In this document: in pieces, positions 36,680 through 48,998 of the stretch
Numbering within the stretch: the stretch's first letter is position 1
Layout: every line of letters begins with the position of its first letter
DNA from: Haliotis rubra
Lineage: Eukaryota
Direction: 5' to 3'
DNA: 64,000 nucleotides
NCBI RefSeq assembly: GCF_003918875.1
Contig: NW_025767300.1
Coordinates: 186,001-250,000, forward strand
Program-made: the position numbers and the translations under genes
Notes under the pieces: model-generated
Database searches by the model: none
What the model was told of the DNA's origin: nothing
What the model saw: the letters and a program-made list of their open reading frames with translations, nothing else

Positions 36680-38754
36680 ACCCAAGAAGGAGCACTCTCA
36701 AGCCACGGAGGCCTCTAGTGCAGACACTCGTAGATGTGTGTACCTTAAAGCATTGATAGTGTCTACAGCAGGCAAGGGTGTAGCATCTCCACATTCAATA
36801 ACACAACACAGGAAATCACGAATGGAATTGTCAAATTGTACATTTTCACTTTTTAATGAAGTCATGAAGTTCATATTGACAGTGATTGCTCTGATACTGC
36901 AGTCTCAAATCTAATATCCTCTGATTCTTTTAAGTAGTGTCAGGTTTTAACATTCTAATATTTTTTTTAAAGTAGCTTTTGAACAGGTTGCTTATCATGT
37001 AGGAAAAAAAACTGCTCTTCTTTACATATTGTACCAGTTAAGTGTAAGCTCATGTGAGATTTTATAAGATATTCTATATTTTTCCATTCTTAACATTCCC
37101 ATTGTTTTAATCCTGCACTGACCAAAGAGTTACCTCCCCTAACATGTCAAAACAAGCTTCCATTCATGTCTCTGACTGAAAGTTTCTGTGAAATATTGAT
37201 ATGAAAAAAAAACAGATATTTTTTTTTTTCCCTTTCTAGCATCGGTTTGGATGCAGTGTTGGATATTGAATTTGTACAGTGATGACTCTTTGTATAGGAG
37301 GTATGAAATGGATGTTCATTGTTGGCCTGTGTACTGCAAATAGGCTTCTAAAAACTCTTGCATTCTTACTTGATCTAGTCTTAGTTCTTACATTACAGAC
37401 TTATCACAGTATTGCTGTATTTATGTAGTGTCTGGATTATCAGGTTTAGATTTGTGTGATTTTTGCTTTACAATGTGTTCAAAATCAGAAGTGCTATCTA
37501 TGTATTTCTTTAAAATAGGCAGCAACAAACAAATGGTAAATCATTGATACAGAATCAGGACGAACCAATCTTGAAATACTGAAGCAAAGATGAGCAGAAC
37601 GTTGCAGATGATAATCATGATAACTAAAACTGTTGACTAAAGGAAACATTTTCTGAGGAGGGTAATTGTTGTACAGTTACAAGGTTTGGAGATGAAATGT
37701 TCCTGAAAATCACTGAATATGTATGCAGACAATATGATCATTTCCACTGAATTATATCTTAGATGTTCACCAACTGTACTTTATGTAGGTAGTAGGTACA
37801 TTGTAGAAGATATTCCCAGAGTGATCCTCTTCATCTGTGCCGACATCACTGCAGCTATACAGTTCATACCCTGCAGGTTGTGTGCTGCCTGGTGACAATG
37901 GTCTTGCTCAGTTTGTCATGTTCAATCATCTTTCATTTCATTCAATCACTATAAGTGAACCTTCCTACCGATTATGTGTTCTTTTATATAAGAGTGCTCT
38001 CATGAAATACATTTAGCAATTTTTGAAACTTTTAACTTTACATTGACATGTTTTACATCATTGTATAAAATTATCCTGTATGCTCTTACTGTTAAATGTA
38101 ATACTTTTGGTCATAATGTTGTCACTGGTTTTAATGTTCAGTTTCATTTCTCATCCAAATCATCTTTATTTTCAATGAATACTGTGCCAAACATTCTGAT
38201 TTCAATTTCATTGGTTTTAATAGATTTTTAATTCATGTGTTGTGTAAACTGTGTTCAGTAGTATTCAGACAATGCATACAAAGGATATGCAATTACTAGT
38301 AGTTCAGGTTATAGCTTGTTACTTCTCCCTACATACTGCCTACTGTTGACAGTGCACATCAGTCTTGGACATTTGATCACAGCCATTTTATAAATGTAAA
38401 GAGAATTATGTATGAAAACCCTGTGCAACAAATCAGCAGCCACACATGGTATTACTAATGGGCAGCTAGGAAGTGTTTATCAGCTAATATTGTTAACCAT
38501 TTTTAGCACTTTTTCACCAAATCTCTGTATGCAGTAAAGTAACGTAGATGTACCTATATATACCAATAAAGGAAAACAACTTTGTAATTTCTTGAGTCTT
38601 GTTTCTATTTCTGAATTATACCACTTGTGTTAAATTCAGCGGAGTTGTACTTCTTTAGGACACGTTATTTCACAGATGTTGTGGTGTGCAGCCAAAAACA
38701 AGACTAGTTTGTTGTTAAAGGTACTCAAGTTTTCATATATATCCCTTTTATCAC

Positions 38755-39320
38755 TTAATACAGAGATATTTTCCCTGATATGGACCTTTTTTGCCACCCC
38801 AATATGGGTAGGATCGGCATGGTCATATCTGGCCCGGGCAAGAAATTGATATCTTGCCCGCTGAGAGGTGGGAAGATATCGATATCTTCACCATAAATTT
38901 TGTACATGACGTCACGGAACGTTAATGAATTGAATGACATCACATCAAGAATGACGTCATAGAGATGACGTCATGTTGGATCATTCTTTGATCATGGCCG
39001 GGGAAAGGACGCTAGCATCTTTATCACAGCGATTGCTTCAACTGGAAGATTTAGTGGAGAGGGAGGAGGATGGAAATATGGAAATGAAGCAGTATGCTGA
39101 AAGTATGAAGAATGATAACACGAAAAGGAAAACTGAATATGACGTAAACATTCTTCACACCTGGCTACAGTTGGAAGGCGAAGATAGGGAGATTGAGATG
39201 AAACCCAAACTAAAATCTTGATTTAGGCAGGTATGAATTGATAAAAAGATTATTACAATTCATTTTTCATATCTTGCCCGATATCATCCCGAGACACCCA
39301 TATCTGACCGAGGCCGCCAA
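38755..39320 (+). mobile_element. Crypton/DUF3504-like tyrosine-recombinase transposon remnant
   Basis: ORF 38973-39221 has KNDNTKRKTEYDVNILHTWL, like the N-T-x-R-x-T...N-x-x-x-x-W motif upstream of DUF3504 domains (from memory); GATATC-rich palindromic 5' region; no catalytic domain present. Confidence 0.45.
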
Positions 39321-39564
39321 GTGTGCCGCTGAGAACAAGACTTGTTTTGTTGTTAAAGCTACTCAAGTTTTCATATTTAACAGTGAGAAGATATAGCCCT
39401 TATATCTCGCCATAATGAATACAAGCTGTACATGGATTTCCGGAAGGGACATTATATCTGTTGCCCACTGCAATAAAGTAAAAAGCTGCACGTTGTTTTA
39501 CGAGACGCCCGACTCGGCACAGATTAACTGTGACCCAATGAAACCGCTGTTTTCTATCAACTTC

Positions 39565-40190
39565 CAGTCTTAAGTAAACTTAGGCTCAGTGTTATTCGTT
39601 ACACTGCTATACTGAGTCTAACAAAACCTCGTGGAAGGTCGCGTCAGCTGATCTTTTCAATGGACCAATCAGAACACAGCTTACCAAATCGCCAAAGTTA
39701 AAATTCGCACATACCTTTTGAACTTTTACTTTGATAAAGTTTTGTACCCAAACAATTCCGAATTCCGTATGATCGCTTCCGGGTGATGCACATGCATCAC
39801 GCCACAAGAGAGAGTAAACAGTTGCTGAAAATAGCGTTTTGTCAGTATTCAAGGATGTCAGCTTTCTGAAATATTAGCTAATGATAGCCATGTCAACAGA
39901 AACCCAAAAGTGTCTATTCTGCAGGTCATATATCTGTGTTCTATGCAGGTTTTCATTTGTTATGAGATCAGTGTTGGCGACCAGGGAAGAGAAGTAAATC
40001 CATTTTGTAAGTCCCGCCAAACCCTAAATAGTAGCGGTTGTCTGATTGGTTAAATCCGTTCGGCCGTCTCGTGTTTGATTAGACGGTCATAGGTCGCTCA
40101 AAGGTTACCTGACGCGACCTTCCACAAGGTTTTGTTAGACTCAGTATAGCAGTGTAACGAATAATACTGAGCCTAAGTTTACTTAGACTG
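39565..40190. mobile_element. MITE with ~85-bp TIRs and 10-bp TSD (Mutator-like TSD length), copy 1
   Basis: CAGTCTTAAGTAAACTTAGGCTCAGT... / ...ACTGAGCCTAAGTTTACTTAGACTG; TSD TATCAACTTC. Confidence 0.9.
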
Positions 40191-40404
40191 TATCAACTTC
40201 CGTTTTGTTTTAATTCTTTGACCAAGGCTGATTATTAATACATGTTGGCAAGAAATATTCATGGTGGCAGTATCACTCGGAGTATGTGGTATTTGCTTCC
40301 AATGTTGGGTCTTAAACCATTTGTCCCTGGCTCATAAAACCAGAAATGTAGAGGTACCGGAAGAAAAGCTTTTGCCTTAACTACCTTCAAGGAGTTGCAG
40401 ATTA

Positions 40405-40554
40405 GAGGCCCGTTTCACCAAGCTCTTGTAAGCCTAAGATCTCATAACTTTTCTTGTAGCATTCGTACCTTCTATGCTGTCACATAGGAGGTACGAATGC
40501 TACGAGGAAAGTTACGAGATCTTAGGCTCATGAGAGCTTTGTGAAATTGGGCCC
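40405..40554. mobile_element. ~150-bp palindromic MITE
   Basis: GGCCCGTTTCAC...GTGAAATTGGGCC; the whole element folds back about CTATGCTGTCACATAG. Confidence 0.75.
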
Positions 40555-41423
40555 AGGAATACATGGTGGAAGACCAGAGCCTTGGTGATGAAATTGCTCA
40601 TTCATTTACAAGGTAAAGATAATATGTAATAATTTCCCAATAGTTTTTCAAAATGGAACGAATGTGTTAAGTATTAGGGCCTGAAATGTTTGTTCCGTTT
40701 TATATGTTCCGTTATGAAATGGAGCACTGTGAAATACCATGTTTTCATAAAAAAACATTTCCTCATACACAAGTGAGCATAGGTTTTAGCATATGGTTGC
40801 TACGAAAACCAAATGATGTCAAACAAATGGTTCAGTCAATAATAGGAGAGGTTTCTGGCTGGATGCTCCAGGCAAAGTTTTGCCATGCTGTACCTATTGA
40901 TACAACTGGAGGTAAAATAGCAAAGGGTGGCAGCCATTGGTTTGAGAATTTGACAACTGTGGCAATTACCCATTGACCGGTCAAACCAAAAATGACCATT
41001 GCGTCAGCCATGAAAGGTTTGGCTAGGGACAGCAGTACAAAGAGGGGTCTCAGAAGGTATGAGGGGTGTCCCTAAAGTTTCTGGCCTCGCCATGAACGGA
41101 TCGCACAAACTCAACAAAATCGCCATGTTTCTAGAACAGTATCTTAGCATGTGCTTGACATGCAAAACATGATTTCCACATGCTATAATTTGCTATAGAT
41201 AGCTGTCAAACAGCATGACCCTATCATATGCTCTCAAAATGGAAAGAACTGAATGCAGGGCTGTAATGAAGTATCTTCATTTACAATTGAATGATGACAT
41301 GACAAACGTTAGGTGACCAGGGATTTACATGGAGTCCTGTATTTAAGGGTCCCTGGGACTCATACTCTTAATTTTCAGGGTCCTGGACAACAAAATGGGG
41401 GTCCCAGACACTTAAATATTATA

Positions 41424-44400
41424 TTTTTCTTATCCTGACTCATGCTTATTGCTTGTCTCCCTTTTCTTCCGAATGCTAGTGGAACACTTGAATCCCCCTT
41501 TTGAAGCTCCCTTAAAAAAGCGGACATAAAATCACTCACCAGGTGTTATCTCCCTTCCTAGGGTTTTGGCGGCAAACAGCGCCACCTGTCACCCATGCTC
41601 CTCACTCTCTCCTTCTTCGCCCGAGTGGGCGGTTGTGAGAGCGCCTGGGTCCCCTATACGGCATTATATCCTTTTCTAATTTAGGCTGTATTACTAAATT
41701 AGTTGTATAAGGCTTTAGGAAGCATTTACCAACAATATGGTTTGAAATAATTTGTCAATTTTGTCTGTTTATTCACGTTTTTACGTGATTGTTCAGATTG
41801 TTTACAATTGATGAAATCTTGCATTCATTGCAGGTACAGATTGTCTGATGCTGATCCACACGTACTATGGCCTAATTGCACGGCCTGTGTGCTCTTCAAG
41901 CTTTCGCTGTCAGTGTGTTTACACCTGTCCGATTTTGAAATTAACAATTATTTTCATTATTTGTTTAGACAGACGACATTTGTAAGACATTTGTCTAAAC
42001 CGGCTGAGCCTGCGGAGGACTGTCAGTTGGTGTCTGCGCAGATCCACCGTTCCAGTGTACTACCGGGGTCGTCTGCGGAGGATGTTGCTGTCGTAGACAA
42101 CAACGCTGGCTCGAGGAAGAGGGGGGCGGTGGGGTAGCCTAATGGTTAAAGCATTGGCTCGTCACGCCGAAGACCCGCGTTCAAATCCCCACATGGGCAC
42201 AATGTATGAAGCCCATTTCTGGTGTCCCCCGCCGTGATGTTGCTGGAATATTGCTAAAAGCGGCGTAAAACCAAACTCAGTCAGTCAGTCAGTCGAGGAA
42301 GAGGTCATCTACATCTGATAACTCCTCATCGCAGTCTAATAAGACTAGGTCATCATCTTCCAAGCGGAAGAAGACAGTTGCAGCTAAGACTTCGTCAAAG
42401 TCTCTACATGGGGCAACGCAGAAGACGAGGTCCTTCTCAGCTGAGATCGTCCCTCCTGAGGAAGTAGATGTCTACGATGAGCCTCCCATCCTCATCCCTG
42501 AGGTCATGGCTGAGAAGAAGACGAGGGCATCTTCTACCGTGACGTCAGCAGTCATCTCTACGCCAGACGACCTATCGACGCAGACATCGGGTTCCAGAGA
42601 GGTGCAGCGTCTCTCAGATGCGTCGTTTCTGCAGCAGCAGTCAACGCAGAACTTCAACCCGGGCACCTTTATGCAGCAGTTCACCCAGCAGATGTTGGAC
42701 CTGATGGAACAATGGTTCGCGAAGGAGAGGGCTGCGATGAAGACTCCATCAACGACGAACCTGCACGAAGGACATCCTGTCTGCACATCACGTCCCATTG
42801 AAGTCAACAACCTGCGCAAATGTACAACCTTGCGCGAAGGTTCCAGCATGTCTACGACGCCTGCGCGAAGATCTGGCAGCCCTACCAACGTGGAGCCTAC
42901 ATCAGATGCCTTGGCAGAACCTTCAAGAACCTTCAAGAAGAAGAAGACACGAATCTTCAAGACGACGCGTTCGCGAACCTTCAAGAACAAGAATACGTTC
43001 GCCGAACCTTCAAACGAGAAGACGTTCGCCGAACCTTTAAGGAGAAGACGCTCGCCGAACCTACGCAGATCTTTCTCCATCTCAGATGCTGACAGTCGTC
43101 AGGAACCTGCACGCAGGAGATCTTTATCAGAGAATAAGAGGATAAGAGAATCTACACCTTCACGAAGGCACAGAGATTCATCTCAAGATTCTAACCCTCG
43201 TCAGAGCTGTTTACCTGCGCGCAGGTGCTCATAAAGGCATTCGCGAACATCTACATATCCACGCAGATCTCCACGAAAGCATTCGCGAACGCATGGATCT
43301 CCATGAAGGTCTCCACGCACGTCTACACGCAGGTCTTCACGCACGCAGAGTGGAAGCCTGCGTGAAGGAAGAAGCCTACAAGGAGAAACCGGCGTGAAGG
43401 ATCACGCACTTGAACAGACTTAGATGTAACGGAAGATCATCCCAAAGAGCCTTCGCAAAAGGAGTAAAATAGACATCCTTCGGAACATCCCACTTCACCC
43501 TCAGACCTGGATCTTCGTTGTGAGCCTACGCAAAGGAAGAAATCTTTGCCTGCGCCGAAAGACAGAGGGATACGTCTCAAGGTTTAGAGGGTACTCTTAT
43601 CTGGATTCATCACTTGCGCACAGATCGTCATGCAGATCTTCAGGCAGGTCGTCAGGCAGATCTAAAGGCTGATCTCCAGAAAAGGATTCAGGATCTTCAA
43701 AAAGATATATCTACACCAGAAGATGGTAGCGGGATTAACAGCACACAAACACTCCTCGGCGCTGAGAACCTACACTTTCACGAAGGTTAAAGATGCTTCT
43801 TAAGAATCCAGGAGGGACTCATGTCCATATACAGATCATTCACCTGCGTGCAGATCTTCAGGCAGTCACGTCGTCAGCGGTTCAGAGCTAACAACTTGAT
43901 AGATAATACCGGAGAATTTCAGCCAGCCTTGGTAAGGCTATGAAGTTCCACAGTCAACATATCCCCGACATCCAAGCCAGGGAATTCCCGCTACTTCACA
44001 TGGAACCCTTCATGAAGGCTCCAGAGATTGATGTGAACTGCAAGATCATCAACGACTCCCGTTGTAGAACTTACACTGAAGTTGCAAGTATCAACTCTAC
44101 AAAAACCTTTGTGTATTTTACGGCGCTTCATTGAGACCGATGAATACAGTCTACAAGTAACAGCGTTAAGCAAGTATGGAATTTCAGCTGATCATCTGTA
44201 TAAGATGACGACTGCATTATCTTCAGGGATGAAGGAACAGTCACAGCAGCCAGGGAGACAGTCTACCTACATCGATATTACGCGGCGAAATCCTTCGCGC
44301 GTTTACCATTCAGCCCTCTATACACGTGGTCACTCGTGTAACTTCGGGAGGTTACGGACAAGGCCGAGTGCTGATGAAGAAATCAACGACTGCACAAGAT

Positions 44401-47400
44401 TTTACAAGGATCTTTTTCCTGCAACACCGGTGACGTCACATCGCGGGAATCTGAAAGGAATCAAAATGTTGCATTTTGATTGGTCCATGAGAGACAACAC
44501 CCTGCGCAGAAGTCGGACATCGCTCACATGTCAGGAAGTTGTCTACAGATTGTAAACAACATTTCAACGTGGCAGTAGGGCTCCATTTACAGTCCAGTTA
44601 GCAGGGTACAGGGTGATTTGACTGTCTTCACGGGATTTAGAGACCTTCCCTGTCAGCAGATTGAAGACTGTTAATCCAGCGAATTGCAGCAACATACGTT
44701 TGACGAATTTTGTTCGCGGCAGCCAGTCTACTATATATAGACTTCACAACCATGGCAGTCCCAGATTCGGAGGTTGCTTGGCTTCCTTTACGGACATGGC
44801 AAGGATTCCACTGTCTACTTTCTTACAACATAGAACATGAGCAGATTCTGGGAAGATGTTTCATCTCACCACAGAATGAAAAGGTCATCTCAGAGGATCG
44901 TTGTGTCTAGATACAAGCCATCCTATCTCAAGCACTACTCTCTCCATTACCACTATGAAGTTGGCAGAGCCTACTCAGACTTCTCACGTCAGCACAAGAC
45001 ATGACTCACAGAGGAAGACTACAATTGCGCCCACTACATGTGTTCGTGAACGCCCGTTTCAATAGTCTGTACTCCTTCGGACTACCGGACGGATTGAAAC
45101 CATATTTTCTATGGTGGACTCGGAAGTCGAATATTTGCGGAGGAATCTACTTATCAGAGCGGAGTGCAACACTCATCTCTACGTAGATGCATCACTTCAA
45201 GGCTGGGGAGCTCACCTCGACAACGAAGTGGCAGCAGGGAAATGGTCGAGTCAGGAGCAGTCTGCATATCAGCATGCTTGAGATGAAAGCAGTTGTAAAC
45301 GCCTTACTACACTGGTCCAGCATACTAAGGAATGCACAACTGATGATCCACACGGACACAGTGGCGTTCTACATCAACAAACAGGGATCAACAAGGTCAA
45401 GATATCTACTAGACCTCAGCTTTCATCTGTTCAGCATAATAGATGACTTGAACATCTACATAAGAGCATGCCACATTCTTGGAGCCAAGAATGTGATAGC
45501 AGACGCCCTATCTCGTCCAACACAACCATCCCCGACGGAATGGATGCTTCATCCAGAAGCCTTTAGATACATCATACAGACGATAGATTTCCGCTAATAG
45601 ACCTGTTTGCAACAAAATTCAACAAACAGCTACCAACATTCGTCTCTCCAATTCCGATCCACAAGCATGGGCAACAGATGCTCTAAGCTTCTCCGGGGTA
45701 GGACTAAACGCTAAGGCATTTCCACCTCCAGCTCTAATACCACAGGCGTTGCAGAAAATCAAGCAGACGAGGAAGCTGCAACTGATTTGGTCGCGCCTTA
45801 CTGGCCAGGAGAATGTGGTTTCCTATTCTCACACAAGAATTTGGAAGTCCAAAACCTGCTGATACATCCACACACCAAGCAAGCACACGGGAACTCCACA
45901 GTGTGCCAGCTACACGCATGGAGCGTATCAAGACTTGCTTGACGAAAAGAGAATACTCTGCCAGAGCAGCGAAAGCAGTTACACTAGCTCTACGCAGATT
46001 TACCTGCAACTTGTACGACGACAAGTGGCAGAGTTTGAGAAACATGCACTGAGGAAGGGCTTCACAGCTATGAAGGCAACACATCCTCAAGTGGCGGAAT
46101 ACTTTTGTCATCTAAGACAAACAAGGCGGTTAAAAGGTTCAACACTCTCTACATACCTAGCGGCCCTCAGCACAGTTATCACCTTGAAGACTGGTGTTAA
46201 GTTGACTAAGTATCAGAGATACTGGCCCTACTACGCTCCTTCAAGTTGGAAGACTGACAACAGAAGTTAGAGCACTGCTTGGGATCTCAATGCAGTGTTG
46301 CAGCATCTCACCAGTGACGCTTACGAACCACTAGAAAGGACATCCTACGAGTTTCTGACACAGAAAACTCTCTTCCTGATCGCATTGGCAACAGCAGCAC
46401 GGATTGTCAGAAATACATGCTCTGGACTTTGAACGTATACGTTTTGATGCACATCACAACATCGTTCATCTGGGATTAAGATGGGACTTCATAGCTAAGA
46501 ATCAACCCGACAGACAATTCCACGTCCCAGCATTATCAACAATCCTTGGGCCACAGGATATCCAGGACCTATCCTTATGCCCAGTCAGAGCACTGAAAAT
46601 CTATTTACAAAGGTCTAAAAACAGGAGACAAAAATTCAAACGCCTTTTCATCCCCATATCGTCGGAGACACCCACAGAGATCTCACGCACCACTCGATAT
46701 CAATCTGGATGAGAGCAATCATCCTAAGAGCCTACAAGACAGCAGGACTTGAGCCTCCACGAGCCTACAACCCTCATGAAATCAGAGCGCTGGCATCTAC
46801 ACTCGCTCTGCATGGAAACTGCTTAATATCTACAATAATGGAAGGATGTTTTTGGAAATCAGAGTCGGTGTTTGCTAACCACTACCTCGGCGGAGACATC
46901 GCTACCGAGACGTCTCCGGCATCCACCAGTTTGGGCCTCTTGTTGTAGCACAACAACTGACAGTTCCGCTATGGCGCTGAGATGGATCTCGCCCTTTTAG
47001 CACATGTCTTTCCAGCTCATACTCTGGAGAGATAGAGCTTAAAGTCCATGTACACATCTAGAACAGACTAGTATGAGTACAAACCTTGTACTTGTAAAGG
47101 ATTTACTCGTACATATAAAGGGTTACTTCTCCACTTGATACGAGCATCAAGAGTTGGAGTCGCCTAAATCCACACATATGTCAACAGAAGACAGATCTGA
47201 TAAGTTGTGGTCCCCCCAAATTCATCAGAGAAACCTGGAATATGGATCAGCAGCAGCAGCAGTGCCATCAGAAGTTCCCATGGGGGGTATATAGGACGTA
47301 AATGCATCAGTTAGGAATCCAGAAGTGGCTTGACCCACCACCATTTCCGACGGATTCTACAAGCAATAAGCATGAGTCAGGATAAGGAAAAATATGTAAT

Positions 47401-47736
47401 TTTCTGATTAAAATTGATATTTTATACTTATCCTGACTCATGAGATGAGCCCTCCCAACCTCCCCTTAAGGCACTCTGGATTTCCCTGTAAATACGTGTG
47501 TCGGGCTATGTATATATTACGGAGAGAGTGAGGAGCATGGGTGACAGGTGGCGCCGTTTCTTGCCAAAACCCTAGGAGGAGATAACACCTGGTGAGTGAT
47601 TTGACGTCCGCTTTTTTTAAGGGAGCTTCAAAAGGGGGATTCAAGTGTTCTGCTAGCATTCGGAAGAAAAGGGAGACAAGCAATAAGCATGAGTCAGGAT
47701 ATGTATAAAACATCAATTTTAATCAGAAAATTACAT
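41424..47736 (+). mobile_element. DIRS1-like tyrosine-recombinase retrotransposon, both ends intact, coding region decayed
   Basis: Left ITR ~41424-41612, right ITR plus extension ~47521-47736, internal complementary region 47359-47442. Gag-like CIHC...DPH; RNase H (DASLQGWGAH, HISMLEMKAV, NVIADALSR); methyltransferase-like (DLFA, AFPP); YR (WDLNAVL, TAARLSEIHAL, LCPVRAL, HEIRALAST, FANHY). Most of RT appears deleted. Confidence 0.93.
42123..42292 (+). mobile_element. Full-length Meta/MESC-type tRNA SINE inside the DIRS gag region
   Basis: tRNA-like head, (CAGT)n tail, 12-bp TSD TCGAGGAAGAGG. Confidence 0.92.
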
Positions 47737-48998
47737 TATTAATACTGTTATTGTATTGTGTATCATGATCATCACATTGTTACAGTAATTAAATTGCAAA
47801 TAATACCATAACCCAGCTAGTAGCAAACTCAATGAAAATTTATTGTCACTTGATTTGAATTTTTACAGAAAGTATTTGGACTTTTTCTGAGTCCCTGTGG
47901 ACCCGCTAATAAATTTGGTTGCGTCCATTGTCAACTTTCATGAGTATAGGACACAGGAATTCACGTCCTGTAAAGCCCTGGGTGACAGTGCTCCTTCCTA
48001 TAGCATGGTCAAACAGTGGTGTGCTGAATGTATAGGGGCAGGAGCAACCCTTGTGAAATGACTACCACAGATATAATTGATGCTGTTCTCGACACAATAA
48101 TGCAAGACAGGCGAGTAACTGTTAGACAATTAGCTACTGCACATGACATTAGCAAAACATCAGTGGAACAAATATTCCATGAACATTTGCATATGAACAA
48201 GGTGTCTGCCAGTTGGGTGCGCAGAATGTTATCTGAAGAACACAAACGTCAGTCATGGTTTGTTGTCAGCTTCTGGACTATCAGAGAGAATCACATGCTT
48301 TCTTGTGCCATATTGTTACTCAGGATGAAACCTGGGTTTAAAAGAACATCTGCCAGTGGCAAAGTCATGGCCTCCATTTTCTATTACTCTGAGGGCGTAA
48401 TCTTGGTAGAATATTTAAAGAAGGGTTCCAAAATAAATGGTGCATATCATGCTGATGAATTGCATAGGTGTCTGGTTTCTCCTGGACAATGCTCCAATTC
48501 ACTCAGCCCATGTGGCAGCGAGTGCTCCATAGGACTGTGGCTTCAAGATCCTCCCTCACCCAGCCTATTCTCTAGGTCTTGCCCACTCTGACTTATTCCT
48601 CAACTCAAATCTGTCCTCAGGGGCTGCAAATTTGAGACGGATGAGGTCATCACTGCTGTGGAGGAGTTTTTAGGGTCCATGACATAAAATCGTTTTCAGA
48701 CAGGTTAAATATGCTGGGGAAACGGTTTAACAAGTGCATTGAAGTGAAGGGGGATTATGTTGAAAAATAAGTACAACAATTTTCATATAGATCGAATATT
48801 AGGGAGGCCAGAAACTTTTAGGACACCCCTCGTACCTTGATCCTGTGAGCCCCAGTGAAACCCATCACTGACATTCTCATACTACTGCAACAGCGATGAA
48901 GCTGAAATTTTGCATGCTTGTTCCTTCTCTTGAAGACGTCTTATCTTGAACAAATAAATATGACTTCATTATACCAGTTTAATTAAGTTCTTCAGTAA

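Larger units (their letters stand above)
41318..47980. mobile_element. hAT-like MITE (8073 family) inside the mariner, itself split by a DIRS element
   Basis: Halves 41318-41423 and ~47735-47980 match 8073-8421; TSD GGTGAC. Confidence 0.9.
41060..48832 (+). mobile_element. Defective mariner (DD34D-type) transposon split by nested insertions
   Basis: TA-flanked TIRs (T)GAGGGGTGTCCCTAAAGTTTCTGGCCTC / GAGGCCAGAAACTTTTAGGACACCCCTCG. Transposase begins MERTECRAVMKYLHL (41239) and resumes at 47981 with DRRVTVRQLA, KVSASWVRRML, VTQDETW, GKVMASIF, DNAPIH, HPAYSLGLAHSD; frameshifted. Confidence 0.92.

Noticed and set aside
42123-42200. tRNA-like sequences here and at ~18600, 21000, 54200, 58170, 61310
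   Set aside because: SINE heads: A/B boxes without a full cloverleaf, followed by SINE body, simple-repeat tail and TSD.
42472-43234. 242-aa and 202-aa ORFs as host genes
   Set aside because: They lie within the DIRS ITRs; decayed gag-region sequence and its antisense shadow.
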